From the IMG/VR virus record IMGVR_UViG_3300035703_000049, positions 24,152 to 88,151 of that record: 64,000 nt of DNA; one strand, 5' to 3'. The notes under the pieces are model-generated. The model did not search any database. It was not told the origin of the DNA and was given only the letters and a program-made list of their open reading frames with translations. The stretch's first letter is position 1. Every line of letters begins with the position of its first letter. The translations under genes were made by a program, and so were the position numbers. Of this stretch, positions 30,151 through 38,673 are shown piece by piece. The stretch is from a virus.

Positions 30151-31300
30151 AACTTTTTTACTTCCACAAACTAAAACAATTTTAGCGTCGCATTTTAATA
30201 TTATTGATATAATAGATTTAAATCATTATACAAGATCTCCAAATTTACTGTTAGCAAGATTACAAAAAAACGTAAAAAAAATTTATCATTCTACAGATCG
30301 TTTTATTTTTCTACTAGAAGATCACGACTTTTACTTAGACGGAAAAGGTCCTGGTTTTATATTATACAACTTACAATTGTCGCTTGCTTATTTAAATATA
30401 CCTAATTATTTCTGTTTGTTATTAACAGGACAACCTAATTACAACGATTACACTGAATATGTATGCAAACAATTAACTTGTGACACTATTCCAATTCGAT
30501 CTATTAACACTATGTTATTTGAAAGTTTTGTTTCCCCAGCAAAAAAAAGAAACATAAATGAAGAATTAATTAAAAAATCGTTTTGCGTATTAAGCCGTGT
30601 AGAAAGGAGTCATAGGACATATTTTATGTCAAAACTTTTTGAAGAACATTTAGAAAATCAAGGGATTATTGGTTATAATAATCTTCAAATTAGTGTTGAA
30701 ACTAAAAAAAATACTGGAGAAGAAGTAAATTATAATTTAGGGTTTTTAACTTGCCCAGATGCATTACCGCCAATGATATTATTTAAAGAGCATAATCGTA
30801 ATGTGTTTGAGAAATTTAAAAAACAGTATAACAATTTTAAAAATTTTACTGAGGAAACTGACTTATTTTCACAAAGACAAAGCGCAGAGATTGACTCGCG
30901 TAATCCTATACAACGTGGGTTAGTGTATGTAGGATTAGAAACTTTTACTAATTTAGAGAAAATATTTATATCTAGAATAAGTTTTCGAGGTTTTGTTGAA
31001 AATCGACCTTTTGTTTTACTAGCTATTCCTGGATCGCTAAACTTTCTTAGAGAACAAGGATTCAAAACTTTTAATAATTTTTGGGATGAAGATTACGATT
31101 TAATTACAGATTTTGAAACTAGAGTTGATCATATCATTTCTATTTTAAAAGATATTTCAAATAAAAATTTATTAATGCTTATCGATAAAATGCGTCCTTT
31201 GATAGTACATAATCACAACTATTACCATAATGATTTCGCTCTGTCTGAACAAAAAAAATTATCCATTGCGTGCATCAATAACTTAAAAGGTTTATATTGA
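30143..31300 (+). CDS. Putative GT-B glycosyltransferase-like protein (GT10-like phage family)
   Basis: ET...ISRISFRG...RPF...LREQGFKTFNNFWDEDYD...HNHNY pattern of a widespread phage family resembling the alpha-1,3-fucosyltransferase C-domain. Start moved to the ATG at 30143, which overlaps the upstream stop. Confidence 0.5.
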   Translation: MSETFLLPQTKTILASHFNIIDIIDLNHYTRSPNLLLARLQKNVKKIYHSTDRFIFLLEDHDFYLDGKGPGFILYNLQLSLAYLNIPNYFCLLLTGQPNYNDYTEYVCKQLTCDTIPIRSINTMLFESFVSPAKKRNINEELIKKSFCVLSRVERSHRTYFMSKLFEEHLENQGIIGYNNLQISVETKKNTGEEVNYNLGFLTCPDALPPMILFKEHNRNVFEKFKKQYNNFKNFTEETDLFSQRQSAEIDSRNPIQRGLVYVGLETFTNLEKIFISRISFRGFVENRPFVLLAIPGSLNFLREQGFKTFNNFWDEDYDLITDFETRVDHIISILKDISNKNLLMLIDKMRPLIVHNHNYYHNDFALSEQKKLSIACINNLKGLY

Positions 31301-31325
31301 CTGCTTGTTAAATTTTTTTTAAAGT
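31297..31325 (+). promoter_or_regulatory. Sigma70-type promoter for gp46
   Basis: TTGACT-17nt-TAAAGT, 6 nt before ATG 31332; no SD present. Confidence 0.5.
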
Positions 31326-31331
31326 TATATT

Positions 31332-33119
31332 ATGTTTAAAATTAAATCACTTTCTGTTAAAAATTTTATGAGTGTTGGTAATGTTACTCAAAGTGTAAAT
31401 TTTGATAGAAACGACTTAACACTTGTGTTGGGACAAAATATGGATCTTGGTGGAGATGATGCTGGTGCAAGAAATGGTACTGGTAAAACTACTATGATCA
31501 ATGCGTTAAGTTACGGACTATATGGACTCGCATTAACTAATATCAAAAAGGATAACTTAGTCAACAAAACTAATAGCAAAGCTATGGTCGTTACTGTTGA
31601 TTTTCAAATTAATAACAATTTATACCGAATTGAGCGTGGTCGTAAACCTACTTTTTTAAAATTTTATGCAAATGGAATTGCTCAAAAAGAAGATGCTCAA
31701 AATGAAGATGATTCGCAAGGCGATAGTCGAGAAACTCAGAAAGAAATTGAATTACTTTTAGGTATGAGTCATGACATGTTTAAGCATGTTTTAGCATTAA
31801 ACACCTACACTGAACCATTTTTATCAATGCGTGCTAATGATCAAAGAGAGATCATTGAGCAATTGCTTGGTATTACACAACTTTCAGCAAAAGCAGAAAA
31901 GCTTAAAGAATTAGTTAAGAAAACTAAAGATTCTATAACAGAAGAAGAGTATCGCATTAAAGCTATTCAAGATGCTAATAAGAAAATACAAGAGCAGATT
32001 GAAAGTTTGGAGCGGCGTCAACGTCTTTGGGAAACAAAGCGCGAAGAAGATATCAATAATCTTGTACAAGCTTTAGAAGATCTAAAAGATATTGACATTG
32101 AAAAAGAAATTAAAAATCATAAGTTGCTTGCAGATTACCACACTAAAGTAAAACGTAAGCAAGAAGCAGATAAGTGGCTTAAGAGTTTACGCAACGATTA
32201 TGCTAAAGAAGAAAAGATCTATGAAAAACTCAATAAAGAAATAGTAGATCTTCAAGATCACAAGTGTTTTGCTTGCGGTAGTAAACTGCACGATAGTAAA
32301 CAAGAATCAATTCTTGAAGGTAAGTTAAAACAAAAAGATGACAGCGAAAAGCATATGCTTAAGCTACAGTCTCAAGCAGATGAATACGAAACTATACTAA
32401 CAGAACTTGGTGATATTGGCAAAGCACCTAAAGTTTTTTATGATACAATTGAACAAGCTATGGAACATAGAAATAGTATAGATAAATTAAGTTCACAGCT
32501 GGAGCATAGGCTGGCAGAGCAGGATCCGTATATTGAGCAAATTGCTGATATGCGGATCTCTGCTGTTGAAGAAATTAGCTGGGATCATATTAATGAGCTA
32601 ACTAAGTTTAAGGAGCATCAAGAATTCTTGTTTAAGCTGCTTACAAATAAGGATTCTTTCATTCGTAAGACTATTATTGATCAAAATCTTGCATACTTAA
32701 ATGCACGGTTGCAATACTATTTGCAGCAAATTGGGTTACCACATAGCGTTAAATTTCAATCAGATTTGACTGTTTTAATCGAGGAACTGGGGCGGGAATT
32801 GGACTTTGACAATCTGTCAAGAGGTGAAAGAAATCGACTTATTTTAAGTTTAAGTTGGGCTTTTAGAGACGTTTGGGAAGGACTTTATCAACCTATTAAC
32901 TTGTTGTTTATTGATGAAATGGTCGATAGTGGCATGGATACAAGCGGTGTAGAAGCTGCTATTGCTGTTCTAAAGAAAATGAGTCGAGAACGCAACAAAA
33001 GCATTTTCCTCGTAAGTCATAAAGATGAACTATCAAGTAGGGTAAACAATATTTTAACAGTTATTAAAGAAAACGGGTTTACTATGTATTCAAACGACAT
33101 AGAAATAAAAGAAGTATGA
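31332..33119 (+). CDS. Recombination ATPase gp46 (Rad50/SbcC-like)
   Basis: KNFMSVG, Walker A NGTGKT, coiled coil with CFAC zinc hook, signature LSRGE, Walker B LLFIDE, VSH. Confidence 0.93.
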   Translation: MFKIKSLSVKNFMSVGNVTQSVNFDRNDLTLVLGQNMDLGGDDAGARNGTGKTTMINALSYGLYGLALTNIKKDNLVNKTNSKAMVVTVDFQINNNLYRIERGRKPTFLKFYANGIAQKEDAQNEDDSQGDSRETQKEIELLLGMSHDMFKHVLALNTYTEPFLSMRANDQREIIEQLLGITQLSAKAEKLKELVKKTKDSITEEEYRIKAIQDANKKIQEQIESLERRQRLWETKREEDINNLVQALEDLKDIDIEKEIKNHKLLADYHTKVKRKQEADKWLKSLRNDYAKEEKIYEKLNKEIVDLQDHKCFACGSKLHDSKQESILEGKLKQKDDSEKHMLKLQSQADEYETILTELGDIGKAPKVFYDTIEQAMEHRNSIDKLSSQLEHRLAEQDPYIEQIADMRISAVEEISWDHINELTKFKEHQEFLFKLLTNKDSFIRKTIIDQNLAYLNARLQYYLQQIGLPHSVKFQSDLTVLIEELGRELDFDNLSRGERNRLILSLSWAFRDVWEGLYQPINLLFIDEMVDSGMDTSGVEAAIAVLKKMSRERNKSIFLVSHKDELSSRVNNILTVIKENGFTMYSNDIEIKEV

Positions 33120-34078
33120 GGATATTAGTTCTTGGTGCAAGCGGATTTATTGGAAATTATCTCGTAAATCATTTTCAAAAAAAAGGAAATTACGTATGTG
33201 GCGTTGATATCAATCAACCTAAATTCAATTTCTCTAATGTTGACGAATTTATCATAGGCGATTTGCGTGAAAAAGCATTTGTAAATTCTGTTGCTATTCG
33301 ATCATGGGACTTAGTTTTTCATTTTGCTGCTGATATGGGTGGAGCAGGTTACGTTTTTACAAAAACACATGATGCTGATATCTTAAGCAGTAGTCTTCAA
33401 ATTACCATTAATTTAATGGAAGCATTCAAGCACGGAAAACAAACATTAGTTTATGCTAGTAGTGCTTGCGTTTATCCTGAACATAATCAATTAGATATTA
33501 ATAATTTAAAAATCAGCGAAGAAAGTGCCTATCCAGCAAGCCCTGATAGTAACTATGGTTGGGAAAAACTAACAGGTGAACGCTTGTGTCAAAGTTTTGC
33601 GAGCAACTATAATATGGATAATCGAATAATTCGTTTACATAATATCTATGGTCCTTTATGTTCATATAATAATGGTAAAGAAAAATCACCCGCTGCACTA
33701 TGTAGGAAAGTTGTTGAAAGCAACGGAAAAATTGAAGTGTGGGGAGATGGTAACCAAATTAGGAGCTATTTGTATATCAACGATTTACTTAATGCAATTG
33801 ATCTTTTATTACAGCACAACATCAAAATACCAATTAATGTTGGTAACGAGCACTACATAACTATAAATGACTTAGCTAAACTTATAATTAAGATTAGCAA
33901 TAAAAATATTTCAATAGTTAATAAACCTGGACCAATTGGGGTTAATGCTAGAACTAGCGATAACACATTAATTAGAAAATTAACAGGGTGGGAACCACAA
34001 ACATCTTTAGAAGATGGCATAAAACAGTTATACTATTGGATTGAAAACGAAATTAAAAAGGAGAAAAATAATGAATGA
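33116..34078 (+). CDS. NAD-dependent epimerase, GDP-mannose 3',5'-epimerase-like
   Basis: GASGFIG; AADMGGAG; YASSACVYPE; YGWEK; HNIYGP; EKSPAALCRKV; VWGDGNQIRSYLYI. These are the characteristic GME-family motifs. Confidence 0.85.
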   Translation: MRILVLGASGFIGNYLVNHFQKKGNYVCGVDINQPKFNFSNVDEFIIGDLREKAFVNSVAIRSWDLVFHFAADMGGAGYVFTKTHDADILSSSLQITINLMEAFKHGKQTLVYASSACVYPEHNQLDINNLKISEESAYPASPDSNYGWEKLTGERLCQSFASNYNMDNRIIRLHNIYGPLCSYNNGKEKSPAALCRKVVESNGKIEVWGDGNQIRSYLYINDLLNAIDLLLQHNIKIPINVGNEHYITINDLAKLIIKISNKNISIVNKPGPIGVNARTSDNTLIRKLTGWEPQTSLEDGIKQLYYWIENEIKKEKNNE

Positions 34079-34265
34079 GACAAGTAAAGAACTACTAAAA
34101 CAAGTTGATGTGTATATTGAAGAGAACACAAAGTTTGTTGAAAAAGGAATCAAAGCATCTGCAGGTCGTGCTCGCAAGGCACTAAACGAAATTCGTAAAC
34201 TTGCTGCTACTCGTCGTAAAGAAATTACCGAAGAGAAAAATGCACTTTCTGCTAAGAAAGAATAA
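34071..34265 (+). CDS. Histone H1-like (Hc1-family) small basic DNA-binding protein
   Basis: AGGAG SD at 34059-63 then ATG 34071; EKGIKASAGRARKAL matches the Hc1 core EKGNKAAAxRxR. Confidence 0.75.
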   Translation: MNETSKELLKQVDVYIEENTKFVEKGIKASAGRARKALNEIRKLAATRRKEITEEKNALSAKKE

Positions 34266-34281
34266 CTAGGTTGCAACTGGT

Positions 34282-34908
34282 ATGCTATTAACTAATCAAA
34301 TATCTAAAAAAACATTATCAATGTTAGAAATGTGGTTAAGTAAACAACCATATTTTGAAAAACTAGCGCCTGATGGACAGATTTTTTACAAGTACAAACA
34401 CTTAGATTATCATATTGCTAATAGCATACCTAACCAACTATTAAAACCTATAATTGATAGTATTTTACCAAATGCCAATGTACAAACATATAATTATGTA
34501 GAATCTTATATACCATTTGATTTGCATGTTGATACTATAAAAGAATCTATTAATAGAAATGAGTACGCATTTGATAATGCTTCATCTATTACATACAACA
34601 GTGCTGTATTAATTCCTTTAGATGAAGGAGAAAATTTAAGAACTGTGATATTTGATGTTAAGTGTGATGAATGGAAACCAGGTATGAGTGCAAATTACAT
34701 CACTGATATTGATAATGGATTACGTGAAGATGATTTTTCACATGTAAATGAGTTAGATCGACCAAACATTAAGTACTTACCATTGCTTGAAGATAACCAA
34801 TGGAAACGTGGTGACGTTATTACTTGGGACAGAAAATATCTACATTTGGCATGTAATTTTAGAAAACATGTTCCATTTAAAAGAGCATTAACTTTATTCT
34901 TTCATTAG
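34282..34908 (+). CDS. Putative 2OG-Fe(II) oxygenase
   Basis: HxD (LHVD), hydrophobic strand VLIPL, W.RGDVITWD, distal His (YLH) and C-terminal KR-strand give the DSBH oxygenase layout. Confidence 0.65.
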   Translation: MLLTNQISKKTLSMLEMWLSKQPYFEKLAPDGQIFYKYKHLDYHIANSIPNQLLKPIIDSILPNANVQTYNYVESYIPFDLHVDTIKESINRNEYAFDNASSITYNSAVLIPLDEGENLRTVIFDVKCDEWKPGMSANYITDIDNGLREDDFSHVNELDRPNIKYLPLLEDNQWKRGDVITWDRKYLHLACNFRKHVPFKRALTLFFH

Positions 34909-34909
34909 C

Positions 34910-35899
34910 ATGAATAACGGAAAATTATTTTCTTACTTGTACGGTGTAAGTAAGAATGCAAACTTTTTTGCAGCTAAAAACTCAGCTTTAAACTTGTATC
35001 AAGGATCTCGTAGTATACGTGATCCCGAAGTGTTGGATTGTTTGAACAGAATCTTTAATACCAACTACCATGACAATTGGCACATGCAAAAAACGTTTGT
35101 GAATGAATTTGCAAGTTGGCAAAAGTTAGATCTTTCAAAATACGATGTAGATTATAGTGCAGGTACTACGCAAAGTTTTGATAGCTTTTATTTTAGACAC
35201 AGACACAAACGTTTTAGATGTTATGTTGGTGAATACTTCTATCATATCAAAGCATGGATATCAAACAATGTAAATTGGAGTTTTGTTAGTGACGATAATC
35301 CATTACAACAAGGTGATGCTTTAGTACTAAGTTATCCTTTCTGTGATAGTGGCAATTTTTATGAAATTAAATCAATACTTGAAGAATGTGATAGACTAAA
35401 CATACCAGTACTAATTGATATGGCTTACTACAATTTAACTAGCGCGTTACCAATAGAGTTTGAAAACAAATGCATCGATACTGTTTGTTTTAGTTTAAGC
35501 AAAACATTTCCTGTTGCTAATTATAGAATTGGTGTGCGTTATACACAAAAGCATATACAGGATGGGCAAAAATTACATGATCAAATTAACTACAACAATT
35601 ATGCAAGCTGTTATATAGGTTACAAACTTATATCTAAATTTTCAAAAGATTTTATTGCAAACAAGTATAGATCTAAACAAGTTGAAGTATGTAACTTATT
35701 TGATATTAACACAAGCAATAGCGTAATTTTTGCTATAGGCGATAGTGATTGGGATTGCTACAGTAGGAAAACACTATTAGATCAATATCAACTATCGTTT
35801 GATAGCAAGCTTTTTAAAAATAGAATTTGTCTTAATAGCGTTTATGAAAACTGGGATTTATTTATGGAGTTAAAGAATGAAGTTACAACTACATTTTAA
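34910..35899 (+). CDS. PLP-dependent fold-type I enzyme (aminotransferase/decarboxylase-like) A
   Basis: GTTQSFD phosphate loop, VLIDMAY (DxAY), FSLSKTF (Schiff-base Lys), RIG. Confidence 0.75.
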   Translation: MNNGKLFSYLYGVSKNANFFAAKNSALNLYQGSRSIRDPEVLDCLNRIFNTNYHDNWHMQKTFVNEFASWQKLDLSKYDVDYSAGTTQSFDSFYFRHRHKRFRCYVGEYFYHIKAWISNNVNWSFVSDDNPLQQGDALVLSYPFCDSGNFYEIKSILEECDRLNIPVLIDMAYYNLTSALPIEFENKCIDTVCFSLSKTFPVANYRIGVRYTQKHIQDGQKLHDQINYNNYASCYIGYKLISKFSKDFIANKYRSKQVEVCNLFDINTSNSVIFAIGDSDWDCYSRKTLLDQYQLSFDSKLFKNRICLNSVYENWDLFMELKNEVTTTF

Positions 35900-36344
35900 A
35901 AACATTATTGATAACCCATGCTGTAAGATTATCGTAAACAATGTAGAGCTATACGCTGGTGTTGTACACCCAAGCTATTCGTTTGTATATGAAGACGAAC
36001 ACAATACCGTACATCTAAAGATCGTGCATTATGATAAGAAAAATTCAGAAACAATAGTTGATTCAAATGGTAAAATTATTAGAGACCGTAGTTTTGAAAT
36101 AGAAAAAATAATTGTAGATGATTATGATTTTGAAAATTTAATTTGGAAAAGTTTTTTTCAATCAACTAATAATAACGTTTATGAAAGTTGTTTGTTTTTT
36201 GGACCTAATGGTTCATTTAATATAAATTTTTACTTACCAGTTTTGGAATGGATATTAGAAAACACTAACAACGATGAATCATGGCGCGAGGATTATGAAT
36301 ACTATAAACGTGCTATGAAAATTTTAGGGATACCGTGTGCTTAA
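35877..36344 (+). CDS. Hypothetical beta-rich protein between the PLP paralogues
   Basis: 155 aa, overlaps both neighbours (translational coupling); FGPNG...FYLPVLEW motif. Confidence 0.6.
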   Translation: MKLQLHFKNIIDNPCCKIIVNNVELYAGVVHPSYSFVYEDEHNTVHLKIVHYDKKNSETIVDSNGKIIRDRSFEIEKIIVDDYDFENLIWKSFFQSTNNNVYESCLFFGPNGSFNINFYLPVLEWILENTNNDESWREDYEYYKRAMKILGIPCA

Positions 36345-37386
36345 CGTTGATCTAATTAGAGAAATTTCATGGGTGCTTAGTGTAGCAAGTCAGCAAAATA
36401 TGCTAGATGTATCTGGTGAATACATCTGGGCATATCCTAAGAACAAGTCGCTTGATGAATTAAAAGTGCGTAGTTGCACTATCTTTAGCAGTGGCAACGC
36501 TATAAAAGATGTTGAGGTTAACAGCTTTGTACAACAATCAAACATAGCTACTCATTTAAAAGATCCATGGATCGTAAAGAAATTTGAGGAACGATTCTTC
36601 AATTGGGTAAAAGAGAATCCAAATCATAAGATAAAAAATTTAGATCTTTTTAAGTATACAGCTTTCGCAGCAGGTTCACAGGAAACATTTTCTAACTTCT
36701 ACTTAAGTAATCGAAACAAACGATTTAGAGTTTTCAAAGGTGAATATTGGTGGCATATGGATGTATGGTCAAGCTTAGGGTTAAGCTGGGCATACATTGA
36801 AGATGATGAAATTAGACCAAACGATACTGTAATTTGCAGTTATCCATTTGCATTGTTTGGTCGTAAGCATCCTCAGTTTGATTGGTTATTAGATGAAGTA
36901 AAAGCAAAAAATTGCAAGCTGTTACTGGACTTTATCTATCTACCTAACACATGCAATGAAGTTGAAGTAGACTTACAACATGAATGTATTGATGAAATTA
37001 GTTTTAGCTTTTCCAAAACGTTCCCAGTTCAATGCGCTAAGATAGCAGTTCGAATGTTAAAAAATAAACCCGTTGACATGATGCAAATAAGTAACGACGA
37101 AAACATATGCAATCGCTTAAGTGCAGGGCTAGGATTGGATATTATGAACAACTTCCCTATGAACTATATGTATGAAAAGTACAAAGACAAGCAGCAATTT
37201 TGGTGCAGTAAACTAGGATTAACTCCAAGCCCAGTAGTCCATTTTGGAACAGGAGATGATTATACTGCTTATGGAAAGCAACATTCTGCTCGTTGGTTCA
37301 GTGAATTCAATAATCAACAGGGAAGATACAATTTAGGTATGTTATATGAAAATGAAAATTTACTTTACAACCTAAACTATATATAG
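36337..37386 (+). CDS. PLP-dependent fold-type I enzyme B (paralogue of 34910)
   Basis: GSQETF, RFRVFKGEYWWH (vs RFRCYVGEYFYH in A), LLLDFIY, FSFSKTFPV (vs FSLSKTFPV). Confidence 0.7.
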   Translation: MLNVDLIREISWVLSVASQQNMLDVSGEYIWAYPKNKSLDELKVRSCTIFSSGNAIKDVEVNSFVQQSNIATHLKDPWIVKKFEERFFNWVKENPNHKIKNLDLFKYTAFAAGSQETFSNFYLSNRNKRFRVFKGEYWWHMDVWSSLGLSWAYIEDDEIRPNDTVICSYPFALFGRKHPQFDWLLDEVKAKNCKLLLDFIYLPNTCNEVEVDLQHECIDEISFSFSKTFPVQCAKIAVRMLKNKPVDMMQISNDENICNRLSAGLGLDIMNNFPMNYMYEKYKDKQQFWCSKLGLTPSPVVHFGTGDDYTAYGKQHSARWFSEFNNQQGRYNLGMLYENENLLYNLNYI

Positions 37387-37407
37387 TATTACATTAAGGA
37401 TAAGAGG

Positions 37408-37929
37408 TTGCCAAGTAAGGGAAAAGCTAAAGGAAACGGATGGGAAAGGGAAGTCGCAGATTTTCTTTTCGAGTTGTACGGGGAAAGCTTTGTACGTGTA
37501 CCCAACTCAGGTGCATTTATTGGTGGCAAAAACAGTCATCGTAAAGGAAATTTGAGCGAACAACAAATCCGTGGCTTTAAAGGGGATATAATTCCAGGTC
37601 CCAGTTTTCCCCACTTGAACTTGGAAGCAAAGTTCTATAAGGACTTTGCTTTCCATCAAGTGCTTGCAGGAAGTTGCAAGCAACTTGATGATTGGATAAA
37701 TCAAATTTTAACTACTTGTGACGAAACAGACATAAACATATTAGCGATGAAATTTAATCGCAAAGGCTCATTTATTGCATACGAAATAAAGCACATTCCA
37801 ATCTTAAATTTAGGTCCAAACTACATACGATACTATAATCATAAACATACTCATGGCACTTGGATAATTCAAGAATTCAATAATTTTTGGCAGCTTAACG
37901 GCACACAAATCAAAAATCTCTCAGCTTAA
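37408..37929 (+). CDS. Holliday junction resolvase (Hjc-like PD-(D/E)xK nuclease)
   Basis: KAKGNGWEREVA, RVPNSGA, GDI, LEAK motifs. Confidence 0.75.
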   Translation: MPSKGKAKGNGWEREVADFLFELYGESFVRVPNSGAFIGGKNSHRKGNLSEQQIRGFKGDIIPGPSFPHLNLEAKFYKDFAFHQVLAGSCKQLDDWINQILTTCDETDINILAMKFNRKGSFIAYEIKHIPILNLGPNYIRYYNHKHTHGTWIIQEFNNFWQLNGTQIKNLSA

Positions 37930-37939
37930 CAGCACACTC

Positions 37940-38410
37940 ATTTAGGCTAAACATAGGCTATATAGCCCCATATCTACGTTCAACTTTGAAGGTTGGCGAC
38001 ACCCCGATATTGTCGCAATTGGGCACAGTAAGGCTAACTTTAGGCTAAATGATCGCGGCTCTGTGAAAAAGATACAACCGCAACTAATACACACGTTCGC
38101 TGGTTAGGGCGTGGTGAAGTTCCGTCGCAGAAAGCTGGAGTAGGGGGTACCGGGCGACCGCCTCCGCTACATGTAAATGTAAATCTCCTTTAACAATCAC
38201 AACAGTATGATGGAGTACTCAGATGAAGACTTCTATACTTTTCCTGGAAACAGGAAAAGTATGACATCATATCTAGATGAATACTTTAAGTCGCTTAAGC
38301 GGTTTGCTCGTATGCAAGTAAAGTTAACACTGTGTTATTAAATTGAAGAGAAGAAAATGTTCGAGTGTGAACGTAAGTGAACACGAAGAACAGATGTACG
38401 TAGTACATCT
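37940..38410 (+). ncRNA. Candidate large structured non-coding RNA / origin-associated element (family not recognised)
   Basis: Largest ORF-free gap in the window; visibly GC-richer core; about ten stem-loops, including GCGA, GTAA and GAAA GNRA tetraloops and G-U pairs that only work on the + strand. Confidence 0.6.
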
Positions 38411-38458
38411 CAAAAGAATAGATAAGAATCAAAAAGAATATATTAGGATAGTTACGAC

Positions 38459-38653
38459 TTAAAAGAATGGAAGACCTGACTTTTTAGTTGTTTCCATATT
38501 ATCTTTTATAATTTTTCCTATTATCTCTCTTTCTTGATAATCAAGTAAAAATGCATCGTCGTAAGATAATCCTCCCCTCATATACCAACATATCCTCAAT
38601 AACTCTTCTTTGAGTGATAACGATTCTTTATCCAGATTATCGAGATATTTCAC
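38459..38653 (-). CDS. gp51-like baseplate/tail assembly chaperone segment (probably expressed as a -1 frameshift extension of the upstream gene)
   Basis: ICWYMRGGLSYDDAFLLDYQERE motif; weak GTG start; the frame stays open back to the slippery site at 38689-98. Confidence 0.65.
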   Translation of the reverse strand: MKYLDNLDKESLSLKEELLRICWYMRGGLSYDDAFLLDYQEREIIGKIIKDNMETTKKSGLPFF

Positions 38654-38673
38654 TACCCCATCGTTATCTAATG

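Noticed and set aside
38235-38262. 12-bp GAAA hairpin as a simple rho-independent terminator
   Set aside because: No U-tract follows the stem on either strand, and it lies ~300 nt from the resolvase stop among other helices; treated as part of the larger structure.
37930-38458. tRNA, tmRNA, RNase P RNA or group I/II intron assignment for the structured gap
   Set aside because: No T-loop/CCA cloverleaf, tmRNA termini, complete RNase P P4 strands, group I P7 or group II domain V could be identified by eye, and the flanking genes are intact and convergent, so there is no split exon. A covariance search is still required.
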